A stretch of 30,817 nucleotides of DNA, taken from contig JANKJI020000004.1 of assembly GCA_024626585.2 (NCBI GenBank), positions 132,324,786 to 132,355,602 of the forward strand. Direction: 5' to 3'. The notes under the pieces are model-generated. The model was not told the DNA's origin. It worked only from the letters and a program-made list of their open reading frames with translations, and did no database searches. This DNA comes from Ginkgo biloba. Taxonomy: Eukaryota; Plantae; Ginkgophyta. Shown one piece after another: positions 1 through 13,039 of the stretch; the stretch's first letter is position 1; every line of letters begins with the position of its first letter. Position numbers and translations under genes: made by a program.

Positions 1-1636
1 TAGAAGGAAATACGATAGAACTAGACCGGCCAACTACATCATTGAAGAAGCAATGGAAAGAAAAAGGGTGTAAAATGAGGGAACTTCAAAAGATTCGAGC
101 TTCTAATGGAGAAATATAATCAGTGGTAGATATGTTGGCTTGTATGGAAAATAACTAAATGGAATTGTACTTTACAAATTAAGATTTTAAGGAACAACTT
201 GACATGGTAGAAGCAAAAGTACAATAGGTCAAGACCCAGTTAGACCAAGAGCGTTCGCAGGCAGCAACAGAGTTGGCAAGAGTTCGAGCTCAATGGACAT
301 CTAAAAAACGACAATGGGAAGAGAAACTTAAATTGGAATGAGTGGAGGGAGTGTGGATTCTACACTTGGTAGTAGTAGTGCACAAAGAGAGCAGGGACCT
401 TAAGAAGCAATTAGAAGATAAGGGGTCGAAGCTTATCTCAAGCTCCTCTACCACTAGTGAGTCTCCCAATACCTTGTGCATACTTATACATTCTACTCAA
501 GTTTCCCTTTCCTTAACTCCCCCCTTCAATGAAGGAAAATGATACCTTGGGACAAGTACACAACAAATGTTAATCGCTAGACCCTTAATATCATGGGGCC
601 TATCCTTATCCCTTTATTCATTCTAGCTCCTTGTGTGCCCTTGCATTCCCTATTTCGAGTTCCACATAATTCCCTATTCCAACCATTAATCCCATGAGTC
701 ATGCACTCACCCTCTATTGCTAGTAATATATGAGGCATATCTATTTTTGTGCCTGATCCCTTAGATCCTACAACAAGGCACTCTTCGATTACTGTTCATC
801 CATCAAATTCCATGGTCACTACTATATCCAATATGTTGAGTCCTAGTGATTTCAAACAGATAGTACTACCCCCCATGCCCCCCCCGCACCCCAAACCAAT
901 TATTTAGATGACAGTATAAGCTAAATTTAAGGAGGAGAGGATGAGGTAGATCCCTTAATCTTTAGGTTAGAGGGGTACATTGCTTGAGTGATCCGTTAGC
1001 AAGAACTACCTCCTTCCCTTAGAATACTTTAGGCCTAAGCGATGCGGAACCTAAAAAATCTTGGCATACATGAGATGGTGGGTTGATCATTCACTATTGC
1101 TCATAGGTAGGCAAGTTGATTGCCTTGGAAGCGAGGCAAAATTTCTTCATGCTAGAAGAGAAGATCTATCTGGATGAAGAATTTACATGATTATATGATA
1201 AAGAACTTAAGAAGGCAAGAGCGTAAGTGGTTGAGGCTAGAAAGCTCAACAAATGGGCAGTTGTATGAAGTGGAAGGGCATGGATTCAAGACTTACCTCT
1301 CCAAGGGTGGGATTGACCTTAGCCTCTTACCAAATGATGTCGATGATTGGGATGGCAAGGGGAAGTTGTCAATACTTCTTTCAAACTGTAATGACATGAT
1401 TTGATCTTTGCTAGGGACAACTTAGGATGTTGTCAAAGATAGCGAGATTATTTTCTTTACGGAGACACATGAGAGCCCAGAGAATCTCCTACCTCCTATT
1501 GCAGGATTCTTGTGGTACTTGGTGTATCGTCATGATACTTGAACAAAGGGGGGGGTTTGAGGCTCAGGTGGAGTTGGTTGCTGTTGAGCTATATAGCTCG
1601 GACAGGTACTTCTGTAGACCAAGTGTCTACCTACAT
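1..1636 (+). mobile_element. Decayed coding-like sequence (coiled-coil E/K/Q-rich start, then a broken ORF); probably a retroelement accessory ORF
   Basis: Purine-rich, codon-like composition broken by stops; no recognisable motif. Confidence 0.3.
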
Positions 1637-4600
1637 NNNNNNNNNNNNNNNNNNNNNNNNNNNNNNNNNNNNNNNNNNNNNNNNNNNNNNNNNNNNNNNN
1701 NNNNNNNNNNNNNNNNNNNNNNNNNNNNNNNNNNNNTTCTTGGTCATTTGTGGACATTCACATATTTTCATTTCATATTTTGAATTCCCAATTTGACTCT
1801 TGATTAGACGTTTTTCAATCTATTTTATAGCATAGTTTGATTTTCTCCATTCCAAGTATGTTTGGGAAAGTTCTATTTATTTTATCTAATGGTGCCTTAT
1901 CATTTTCTATTAAACCCTAAAACTTGTAAATCTATGTATTTGGTCCTTCTTGATTTCAACATTAGGAGAGTTTTTGCTCCTTGTAGCATCCCTTTTGAAT
2001 GTGCTTCTGCAACATTACTTCTTAACTTTCACACATGTTCTTGCATTCTTATATTTGATCAAATGAACCTTGACTTTAAAAATTCCCCATAACTTTGTAC
2101 TCTACTTTTTAGAAATTCTTCCAACTAATTTATCTTTTAGCATGGTGTTCCATTAGTTGCAAGTGAGTATACTCATGAACCAAGTTCCCTGGCAAATTTT
2201 TTCTTCAATCAATTTTAATCTCATGTCCTCTACTCAATCTATTTGTTTTACATGCATTTTGTTGCAATGAGATTTCCAAGCTCTCTACCATGTCTTCACT
2301 AAGGAATCTTTTGAGTTAGATGCATAGTTACCTACTAAATATCTCCTTCCAATTAATGTGTATGTTTCATAGAAATGTTCAAATCCATTGGTATCACTTT
2401 ATGTCCCATTACTAAGACAACTACATTAGTAAATGAGGGGAATGGGCCAGATGTATGTATATACTTGGTTCCAACCATTGTCCTTTTCACGGGTTCTGTC
2501 CCTTTGGGACCTTCATGAAATTTTGCCATCTTAAAGGTCACTTTTGTAAGTCATACTATTCTAGAGATCTGTTTAGGCCATATCCATGTTGACTTTTTAT
2601 TCTCTATTATTCATATTTTGTGTTCTTCTCAAAACAAAAATGATTTGATTGAGAAAATGTTGTGAAGTTCCAATTGCTAATCATAGAGTTAGATATCAAT
2701 ATAGTGGTGGTGTTCGTTGTCATATACTTGAATAATGATATTGATGAAATTTTTTTCCCCCTTAATTTGTTTGAGTAGGGACTTTTGTATAAATTACTGT
2801 CTCATTGGAATTGTTTCCTTCATTAGTGATTTTTTGACAATTTAAATAGCTTATCTTAACTGCACCATACATATAATTCTTCCAATTTAATTCCTCATAG
2901 ATAGAATCAAAGTCAATGTAAGCTTTCTATAAATTTTAGTTTGTGGNNNNNNNNNNNNNNNNNNNNNTATTTTTGTTATTAGTGAGAGACCAAAACCAAA
3001 AACACATATTCTCCATCTTTCGACGATGTTTTAGAAGTTGTCCTTTGCTCTATGATTGCTTTGAAAATGTTCCAAGCTCGTGTTCACTATAGTGGAACAT
3101 TATGACTTTTAGATGGTTGGTTATGACTCCTTTACTTGGTAATGAACTTTTCATGAAAAATGTATAAAGAATAAGTACAAGCAAGAAAGTAAGAATCAAT
3201 GGTATNNNNNNNNNNNNNNNNNNNNNNNNNNNNNNNNNNNNNNNNNNNNNNNNNNNNNNNNNNNNNNNNNNNNNNNNNNNNNNNNNNNNNNNNNNNNNNN
3301 NNNNNNNNNNNNNNNNNNNNNNNNNNNNNNNNNNNNNNNNNNNNNNNNNNNNNNNNNNNNNNNNNNNNNNNNNNNNNNNNNNNNNNNNNNNNNNNNNNNN
3401 NNNNNNNNNNNNNNNNNNNNNNNNNNNNNNNNNNNNNNNNNNNNNNNNNNNNNNNNNNNNNNNNNNNNNNNNNNNNNNNNNNNNNNNNNNNNNNNNNNNN
3501 NNNNNNNNNNNNNNNNNNNNNNNNNNNNNNNNNNNNNNNNNNNNNNNNNNNNNNNNNNNNNNNNNNNNNNNNNNNNNNNNNNNNNNNNNNNNNNNNNNNN
3601 NNNNNNNNNNNNNNNNNNNNNNNNNNNNNNNNNNNNNNNNNNNNNNNNNNNNNNNNNNNNNNNNNNNNNNNNNNNNNNNNNNNNNNNNNNNNNNNNNNNN
3701 NNNNNNNNNNNNNNNNNNNNNNNNNNNNNNNNNNNNNNNNNNNNNNNNNNNNNNNNNNNNNNNNNNNNNNNNNNNNNNNNNNNNNNNNNNNNNNNNNNNN
3801 NNNNNNNNNNNNNNNNNNNNNNNNNNNNNNNNNNNNNNNNNNNNNNNNNNNNNNNNNNNNNNNNNNNNNNNNNNNNNNNNNNNNNNNNNNNNNNNNNNNN
3901 NNNNNNNNNNNNNNNNNNNNNNNNNNNNNNNNNNNNNNNNNNNNNNNNNNNNNNNNNNNNNNNNNNNNNNNNNNNNNNNNNNNNNNNNNNNNNNNNNNNG
4001 TTAATCATTCACTTGATACCATTGACTTGGACCTTAAGTGTCTTTCAACCGTCCTACCTAGTGTCCACAATCTAGGACTCTAGTATCTCTCAATCGTGAT
4101 GCCTAATGTATTTATACTATAGCAAACTTTAACCCTCATGGGTGCATTGCTTTCTTTCATTTTTATTGAACTTTGTGTACATAATATGGCCTTACACCTC
4201 TAGGTCCTTTCGGCGCATGTCTAATCCTATCCATAAGTCATCTTTCAATGTTCACGCCCATGTCATTTATAATTAGGGGTAGATTGTAACACGATTGGAG
4301 CTTCAGGCATGCATTCACTACCTACACGTATCTAACTTTAGTTAGCATTGTACAATTTCTCACAGATTATGACAAATTTGCTTTTATACCTTGCAAGAAG
4401 TGCATATGGGTAAAATATCCACTTGGTAACCCAAACACAACTCAACATATGCATGCAACATAATAGAAAGAGACTTTAATAAAGAAAATGACATGAATGT
4501 AGACAAACCATATTGCTTACATCATAGAAGTATGTTTAAGCATGAAAATGACATACAAAGAAATTAGTTGGTAATAAATAAATAGAGGATTAGGATGTCT

Positions 4601-5739
4601 CCTAAAGTTAAAAATGCACTCCCAAGTTCATTGACTTGGTCTTCAACTATTTCAGATAGCGTTCAGGTGTTCCAATGTTTCCCTTAGTTTCTCTAATTCA
4701 AAGGCTGTTAGTTCTTGACATTCTTATAGCAAGTTGAACTTTTCTTGGGCACTTTTAGAGTGAGTTGAATCATTTATTAGCCAAAAAATGGCAAAGGAAA
4801 TCCTCTTACAATAGGGCGAACCCTTGCAACAACCAAAAATAATAGGAGGGCCTAGAAACAAAAATTTACAATAGGGAAAACCCCATTAATATAATAAGGC
4901 AATACGACTAGTGGAAAAAACAACAATGACAACTAGCCTTAAAACAATAACATGCTAAACCACTATAGAAGGAAATGCTAATTGGATGAAATAAAGATAT
5001 CCTTTTAACTTAAAATGAATTTAATTTAAGAATGTTTAGGGAAACTAATAGGGTTAAAGACTAAAATTATATGCCTTAAAAAAAAAAAAAAATTAGAGAG
5101 CATTGTACCCACACTAGCATGCAGATAAGGAGTTGTCAAGAGTTATCCAATGCATTTGTCTAGACCTTCATCAATTCGATGTGCAAAGATAGGAGAAGAG
5201 TAAGCATCATGCCGATGCCACATGCTTGGAACTTGGTAATTTCTCAATTATCATACTGTTTATAAACATTATATTCTTTATTATCAAAAGTAGCCATCCA
5301 AGGCCTATTTTTTCCATGCTTTGAATTTATTTGTGGAGGCATTGTTTGTTTATAGTGGAATGATGTTAGTAGCCACTAAGTTCATTCAATTTCATTTCCA
5401 TTCCTTGAAAAGGATAAAACGCTCCATTTTAGTAGGTTATCGTTTGTAGATGTGCAATATATTGAGCAAGGAGTAAGAGTTTGAACAATAGCATCAAGCT
5501 TCATCAATAATTTATTCAAGTTGAGCCTCTTCCCATCTTCTTCTTTCTATTTGCAAATTATTGCTTTTCTACCTCCATATTAATGCTATTAGGGTTTTCT
5601 CACTCCCAAAAAATGTTATAGTCGAGAAAAGCCATGTGAATCTTGTCTTGATGGGTGTGAATAAACCCAAGTTGTAATTGGAGACTGGTTCATGTATTTT
5701 GTGGCTTATGACAAGCGCTCCAAATAAAGTCCCAAAAGA

Positions 5740-5823
5740 GAAAGAGTTTTATGAGGAGAGTGCCTAGGGAGATGCTACAAGTAAGGGTGCCTTCCCTCCT
5801 AATATAATTCGGGCCAATGAGAG
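5740..5823 (+). repeat. LTR U3 fragment related to 19075-19140
   Basis: Shares G.GCCTTCCCTCCT...GCCAATGAGA with 19102-19138; interrupted at 5824. Confidence 0.5.
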
Positions 5824-5975
5824 TGTAACAACCCACTTCCCTAGAAATAATAACAATAATAAATAAACATAAATAAATAGTGAAAACATCTACCACTTCA
5901 AGTAACAATTAAATTAACATGATTATGTTAGTGAATTAGTGGTTAGTATGTTAGTCATTAGTAGGGAAGGATTGT
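5824..5975 (-). repeat. LTR 3' end (family A), copy 1
   Basis: Begins TGTAACA on the + strand and aligns with 21286-21440, including an exact 26-mer AGTATGTTAGTCATTAGTAGGGAAGG (5945-5970 = 21408-21433). Similarity stops at the TGTAACA boundary. Confidence 0.7.
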
Positions 5976-6368
5976 TCTTAGNNNNNNNNNNNNNNNNNNN
6001 NNNNNNNNNNNNNNNNNNNNNNNNNNNNNNNNNNNNNNNNNNNNNNNNNNNNNNNNNNNNNNNNNNNNNNNNNNNNNNNNNTACCACAAAATACTTGGGT
6101 ACTACAAGTGGAAAACCAATAACTGGATTTGGAAGTTCTAGTGAAGGTGGCAACATTAGTTTCAACACTCTCAAAAATTTAACAAGATATGGCACGACAA
6201 ATACATACTCAAGGATGAGTGCCTTCACTTGTCATATCCACAACAGATGCTTCCATTGTTGTAGAATGCTTTAAGATAGGCGAACCAATTAAAGGGGATA
6301 TCTTTATGGATAAAGTCAAGCAAGGATCCTTTTAGAAGATTAATTAGGATTAAGCGACAGTAATTTAA

Positions 6369-6680
6369 ATGACCATTCAAGAGAAGGACATTCCCCAAAC
6401 AATTATGGATGGTGGCTCTAGAGTAAATATCATGNNNNNNNNNNAAGGAATGTTGGCACTAGCTTGGGAAACCTATTCTATGGCCACCATGATTTCGGCT
6501 TCGGATGGAAGACCAAAGTTGGGTGGTCCCACAAGGATTATTGATGGGACAGGAAGTATGCATTGTAGAACAAATCTTTCGGGTGGATTTTGAATTCATT
6601 CTTACGATTCTAGGCAGGCATCGCAACATATGTTTCATTATTGGGATGGCCTTGGCTTTGAGGTGCCCAAGGAATCCAAC
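6369..6680 (+). mobile_element. Ty3/Gypsy aspartic protease remnant
   Basis: Reads IMDGGSRVNIM (catalytic DGGS-type motif), FRLRMEDQSWVVPQGLL and LLGWPWL (canonical LLGRPWL). Confidence 0.8.
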
Positions 6681-7276
6681 ACTGGTGGAAGAATACATTG
6701 GCCATAAAAAAAGAGAATAAGCATTTCTAAATTGACTTGATCTAGAATTTGGTCAATGAACAACTAGAATCTTCAAGTTCTAATTCAGAGAATCATGGCC
6801 AACGAAGGAAGGAATTCTCCTACTAGACCTATGTTCGAATGACAAAGAGTACTCAAATAGGAAATTGTTACACTAGAAACCATACAAGTATGAACTTTTG
6901 TCACCTACATGCTTCATGATAGACAAGGAAGGTGATGTGTATCATAGTCCTTATGTATTAGTTACTAAGTGTTTTTTTAATGTACTTAAGAATACAGTTC
7001 TAGGTGCTCATCATGAGTTAGTGAACTTGTATTCTTAAGTGTATTTTAATTGTCACTTAAGTGAATTGTTAATTAGACATAAGAACATCTCCTTATGAGA
7101 AGGAAAAATTAGAGAAGATAGGACTCAATTCCTAGAAACTAGGTAACAATCTTGAGGTGAGCCAATTTCTTTTTAANNNNNNNNNNNNNNNNNNNNNNNN
7201 NNNNNNNNNNNNNNNNNNNNNNNNNNNNNNNNNNNNNNNNNNNNNNNNNNNNNNNNNNNNNNNNNNNNNNNNNNNN

Positions 7277-7977
7277 ACAAAGCAAATCGAGCAGGACTTA
7301 AAAACGAAGGTTCCAAGGTCACTTTTGGAGTCCCCAAGGCAGCAAAGAAGAGAAAATTTATGGATGTAAGTAGGCATTATGCTGCAGATAGGATGGCAAG
7401 GAGCTCCCCTGAACGAAATGCTACTAGTAAAATGGATAAATCTAAGGCATTGCCATTTCGCAGTCAGAGTGGATGGAAGATGAATCAGGTTGAGGATAAG
7501 AGAGGAAAAAGACCCACGGTTTCAAAGCCCCCAGAGTCAAAATTGGGGAAAAAAGGTCAAGATGCACAAAATAGAACAGAGACTGAAAAGAATAAAATTT
7601 CTGTTGCCAACCCTACAGCCACCAAGAAAGATGTGTCAGGTCATGATTCTGTGCCCACTAGCACGCCTTCTGTGAACATTGATGGCAGTAAGGCAGCTAG
7701 AAGAATTGTTATGGGAGGTAATGGTTCATCTCTATCTGCTTCTAAAGAGATTGCAGCACGTAGGCCTTCACCTTTTGCTCAAGTCAAAGCCCTTTTAGTA
7801 GGAGAGAGAGAGCAGGGGTCAAAAGGGAAACAGTCATGCAGTTCAAATAGCTCATCTCAAAATGTAGAAAAGAATGCTGTTCGCCAGGAGATAACAAAGG
7901 AGAGGGATTCTGGGAAGACAGCAACAGATGGCATAGAACCACGCAGATCTAATCGGAGAATCCAACCTACTTCAAGG
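7277..7977 (+). CDS. SWO1: Large internal (probably penultimate) exon of an Agenet/Tudor-domain protein of the SWO1 / G2484-1 (At4g17330-like) family; 5' part lost in the gap
   Basis: Open frame from the gap edge (codon at 7279) reads KANRAGLKNEGSKVTFGVPKAAKKRKFMDVSRHYAAD...EPRRSNRRIQPTSR. This matches two C-terminal motifs I recall for the family: GL.KEGS.V.FGVPK.GKKRKFM.VSKHY and EPRRSNRRIQPTSR-LLEGLQ. The exon ends AGG|GTACTA (phase-0 donor at 7978) and is followed by T-rich intron-like sequence. Family assigned from memory, not from a search. Confidence 0.88.
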
Positions 7978-9679
7978 GTACTAAATTTTTGTTTTTTGTA
8001 GTTGATTTTGACCAATTGAAAGGGATTTTTTAGGATGGAAATGATGTTATTGTTAAGGCTTGTGCTAGAAAGTTGATTTTTGAGGTCAATTATTACATGG
8101 CATTGATGTACAACAAGGTGTAAGTGTTTACATTATATATACAATGCGTATGCAATTGAAATTGCTAAACTATATAACTGAAATTCTAGTGAAAAACACT
8201 AAATAGAAAAGCATTTACCTTGATCTATTAAACCCTAAACCAAATATGGATGAGGCACGACAATAGCCATTATGGGGATGGGGTTATTTAATACTAGATA
8301 TATTCATCAATTTAGAGATAAATGTATTCTCATGTAAGGCTAGCAGGTGCAGTTAAATTTAAAGATATGTTTAGGTGGAAGCCTAAAATCATTAGGTTGG
8401 TGCAGTTAAATTCCTATTTCCCCCATATGGACATGGACCTAGGTTGAAATATAGGAAATGTATCATGTAGCCCTTTGAAGTGGGAAAAAGCATGACACAA
8501 TAGTTGGTGTTTGAAATCTAATAGATAACCAAGGGTAGTTGGTATTTAAAATCCGCTAGTAGATGAGTATAGAGTGGACTAAGGGGTGGTGTAGTTGTGT
8601 CCTATCATGGAACAAAGTCATGCTCTTACAAATCTGCATCGTTGGGTGCTACCTTGCATAGGTTGAGGATGGTTGTCAAGGATGGAATCTAATGTGAAAG
8701 ACCATCAAATGCATACATGTGCCTCATAGAATCCCTAGATGTTTGACCCTGATGGTGATGTTCCTATTCCAAACCTATCTCTTTCTCCTAGCTAACAATC
8801 CTACACCTAAATTTCCAATAAGATGAAAATCAAAACCTAAACCAAGTACTAATGGTTTAACAAGTGCTTGTTGAGTGTATTTTGCTTTACAAGTTTGTTA
8901 CAACCTCAGTAATTCCTCTAGTGTGGAGTAAGGTATGGCATCCGCCTCGAGAGAAGAGAAGTTAGTAGGATAAAAATAGACTAGACAAGCATATGCAAAA
9001 TCCCGTCTAAAAGAAACCGTTAAAATTACTTGAAGCATAGCTGATGGTGAGAGATATAAGTGTTACATCGCATAAAATCCAAGTAAATTTTACCTAGAGT
9101 GTTATAAAAAGCACAAGTTTCCTTAGAGGCTAGTGTTTGTGTTTTGTAACTAACAGTGAGAAAGAAGTGAGGAGAAAGAAAAAGAGGAATGCTAAATCCC
9201 TAGAGATGTTTTGGCATAGGGAGCCTTCATGAGATGAATGACATGTGTCAATTCTAAGTCATAGAAGGGCTCTTAGGGCATGGGCTAGCTCCAAGGTTAG
9301 CTTCATCCTGATGTGAGAGCTTGTACCTAGTATTTTTTTTAAATAAGGAATTTGCTATGGACTATAGTAGCATTATTCTCATGATTCTCCTCTTTTGTGT
9401 TGGGTGCCACACTTCTCTCTCTCTTATTCTATCATTTTAGTACATTTATGGCTAACAAGAGAAGTCACTCTCCCTTTATGCTAATTCTCTACATGATGCT
9501 AGTATTGGGTGTCTTTAGTTTGTAGCATAGTTGTGGAGGCTTTCTGCATATTTTATTGTTCATATTTGTTCCTCAGAGNNNNNNNNNNNNNNNNNNNNNN
9601 NNNNNNNNNNNNNNNNNNNNNNNNNNNNNNNNNNNNNNNNNNNNNNNNNNNNNNNNNNNNNNNNNNNNNNNNNNNNNNG

Positions 9680-9880
9680 CTAGCATAAGTAGGGCAAATT
9701 ATGCAAAAGAGTACGATTGTATCCATAAATAAACATAAATTGCATCAAACAACCCTTTGACCAAGGGCGTCCTACCCTAGAGAATTTATAACCATTAAAA
9801 CAAGGTGTAATTCCACTAATTGACCATGCACAACCGTGAAATACAATTATGTCCTAAATTTATCCAAAAAATTATAGATA
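9680..9880 (-). repeat. Inverted family B copy
   Basis: CCTTTGACCAAGGGCGTCCTACCCTA core with weaker flanking similarity to 11615-11850. Confidence 0.6.
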
Positions 9881-11333
9881 TTCAAATTAATTTATGGTAG
9901 CAAAATTAGCAAAATTAATTATGAAACTAAGGTTTCATGAATACATACCTTTTAGCAAACTTACCCAAATAGAAAGCTCTGATTGATTGTTGCAAGCAAT
10001 CCTATGGAGGAAAATGTCTCTTTTTAGCATCTCTAGGCCCAAAGACTTGCCTTCAAGAACCTTGCAATGCAAAATCTTTAGCTAGAATTGGGTTTTAGCT
10101 CACTACAAAACCCTATGTCACCTTTCCACCTTAATTAGTGCTAATTAAATTGTCAAAATTTCCTAAAAGCACCTCTACTAATGTTGCACTGTATTAAATA
10201 AAATATCTAAGAACTTATTCCAGCATTTAATGCACTCTAAGGTAGCTATAACAAATTTTCCCTTGTTCCTCTATATGCTAAAATTTATTGTAGCAAAAAA
10301 TGAAGAATTTTGGGGGTGCTTCTTCTTCACTTTTCTCCCTACAAAACAGTTGTGAATTGACCTAATAAATATCCTAATGAAGACACCCTAGTNNNNNNNN
10401 NNGCAAGGAATATATCTAAGCAATCACATTGACAAAAAGCCTTTAGAATTATGAGAGAGAGAGAGAGGAGCCTAACCCTCTTCAGAATAATTATGCCTTC
10501 TTTATAATCATTTCATGCCTTAAACACTAATCCCCACATAAACCTATACTTATCTCGGGGATTGCACAATATACTTAAAAGACCCTTATGGCCCTTAATT
10601 ATCTTAATCACAATAATCATTCATTTATTATCCTTCTATCTTATTTCATTGCTTAAACACCTCTTTGATTTTTCTACATTGTAACACTGTGGTACATTTT
10701 TGGCTAACTGGAGAAATCATTATTCCTCTAAGTAGATTTTCTACATAGTGTTAGAGTCAAGTGTCTTTAACTTGTTGCATAATTCTAGAGGCTTTTGCCA
10801 TGTTTCGTTGTTCAGATCTATTCTTTGAAACAAGGTGCCCCAATTAGAATGATTTCCATGGCTTACCACAGATAGTGATGACTTGGGGAAGTGAGACAAN
10901 NNNNNNNNNNNNNNNNNNNNATTCTTGGAGAGGGGTGGTTGGTTTTTGCCATATTTTTTCATTTTGTCTACTTTTGCTAAGCCAGGAATTCACTAGTTTT
11001 CTTCTGTTGAATTTTCTACATACTACGGGCATCTTTATTATAACAACCTTCTAGCATATGTTTTCACATGAAAAATGCTCAAATCTATTCTTTACAACAT
11101 GGCAACCTCATTGGAGGTGATTGCATGGTTTTTGGCTGCAATTTTTAGCACTAATAACCTTTGAAAGGTGACGAGGATTTCTGGCAAGATAAAGACCAAT
11201 TTCTGGCTAAAGATATTGCATTGTTTGGCACCTTAGAGATAAGTTGTTAGACTTAAACTTGTAGGAAGAGGACATTTTTGTCTTCAAGAGCATTTAGGAG
11301 CATTGGATAGAGCTTCTCACCTAGGGAAGTCCC

Positions 11334-11477
11334 TATTTGGTAAGCATTTTGCAAACCCTAGCTTTGCATTTAATTTTGTCTACCACAAATTTATGCAATT
11401 TTGACGGCAAGATTACATTAATTTGTGGTAGCCAAAATTAAATGCAAATCTAGGGTTTGCAAAATACTTACCAAATA
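11334..11477. repeat. 144-bp near-perfect palindrome (foldback)
   Basis: Arms 11334-11403 and 11408-11477 are reverse complements with 6 mismatches in 70 bp. The centre TTGAC|GGCAA is itself palindromic with one mismatch. Confidence 0.95.
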
Positions 11478-11639
11478 CGAACTNNNNNNNNNNNNNNNNN
11501 NNNNNNNNNNNNNNNNNNNNNNNNNNNNNNNNNNNNNNNNNNNNNNNNNNNNNNNNNNNNNNNNNNNNNNNNNNNNNNNNNNNNNNNNNNNNNNNNNNNN
11601 NNNNNNNNNNNNNNTTTTCTACAATTTTCTTGTAGTTTC

Positions 11640-12200
11640 CAAACAAAATAGTAATTTGGGTTTATGCATGCTTATATCATGGAGTTAAAACCTAATTTTA
11701 AGAATATAGGCTCCTTAGGGTAGGGCGCCCTTGGTCAAAGGATTGATTTATGGTATATATGATTATTTATGGTGCAATAATGACTAATTAATGTTATATG
11801 CATTCTTGCTTATATTTTTTGAAATTACCTTACTAATATGCAAAAACCTTAGGGAATGAGTATAGGGAAGTGGTAGCTATACCTTGAGACCTATAGGGGG
11901 ATTTTTTGCCTTGCTTTGAGGTGCCTCCATATAAGGCTTTGTTTTTTCTTTTGCATGCACCAATTTAGGGCTACTGACANNNNNNNNNNNNNNNNNNNNN
12001 NNNNNGGGTTGAACAAATGTTTGTGCTAAACCTCATTTCTTCTACAGTCCACTGATGTAGTTGTAGGGTCTATAGCTATTGGTTTAACTATGGCTACTAG
12101 TGTAGTTATGATCTGTGATTTGTTATTGTATCCATGGTGGTTTAGAGCTAGTAGAGTTTTTGATTAAGGTCTATTGATAGCCCTAAGGTTTATTGTACGA
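11640..12200 (+). repeat. LTR-like dispersed repeat (family B); related copies at ~13040-13600 (+) and ~9680-9880 (-)
   Basis: 11716-11741 is a 25/26 reverse-complement match to 9754-9779. The blocks GGTTTATGCA.GC.TA, TTGTAGGGTCTA, ATCCATGGT and GGTCTATTG recur in the same order at 13040-13600. Confidence 0.65.
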
Positions 12201-13039
12201 AAAACCAGTACCTGTCACTAAGATGATGGATACCCGAATGGATGTCGAAGGCTATCCTAATGCCAAAAGAAGTTGAAAATAGACATATGCTTGACATCTT
12301 CTCTAGTGCAAGATTGTGGGCAGAGTCTAGTTGCTAAGCATTGGTGGTTAACATTTATGCATTGGGGATTTGGTTGCATGCATAATAGATCCCCTTAGAT
12401 AGTCCCCACGATGAATAATAGGTGGGTATGGTCGCCATACCAAGTCAACCTTGGATTAATGGTTCCTTGTTGAAAACCTACTAACAAATGCATTCTAACT
12501 TGTAACAATCTCGCCTCTTAAACATGAATTCCAACACTACTAAGATCTGCAACATATATAATGATCGTAGTACAAATGCATAAGAAACATTCTATGTCCT
12601 AAAAGTGACTAGGCTTAAAGTTAAGTCAAGTCAGGTAGTTGGAGGAGTTAGAAAGTAGTTAGTAGTTANNNNNNNNNNNNNNNNNNNNNNNNNNNNNNNN
12701 NNNNNNNNNNNNNNNNNNNNNNNNNNNNNNNNNNNNNNNNNNNNNNNNNNNNNNNNNNNNNNNNNNNNGTGTTTATTGATGTGATCCCACATCATAATAT
12801 ATTTTAGCATCTTTGTGGGATGCCAAAAGTAGATATGTTCTAGCTGCAATTAAGGCAGTTTTCAACAAATCCTATGCATGGTTTGAGATCTAGATTTGCT
12901 CATTGATGTTCTATGATGAATGTAATGTTCGAGAGGAATAAACACCGATTTATGGCTTGAATCTTTTAAGAGTTTACGTTTGCGTTTATTTTCTCTATAT
13001 AATGTTTTATCAAGTCTTATTACCATGCTAAAAAGTTTA

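Noticed and set aside
1912-1921. Isolated AAACCCTA(A) telomere-like or telo-box motifs (also ~8230, 11353, 13087)
   Set aside because: Single motifs that are common in plant repeats; no tandem array.
2353-2541. Short frames open on both strands
   Set aside because: No recognisable motif and no convincing pair of splice sites.
3196-4083. Long ORFs in the track (270-294 aa; also 16638-17168 and 29230-29640)
   Set aside because: They are artefacts of N runs translated as X.
7978-8001. ORF-track C-terminus VLNFCFL* and start at 7360
   Set aside because: The tail is read-through into the intron after the GT donor, and the frame is open upstream of 7360, so this is an internal exon.
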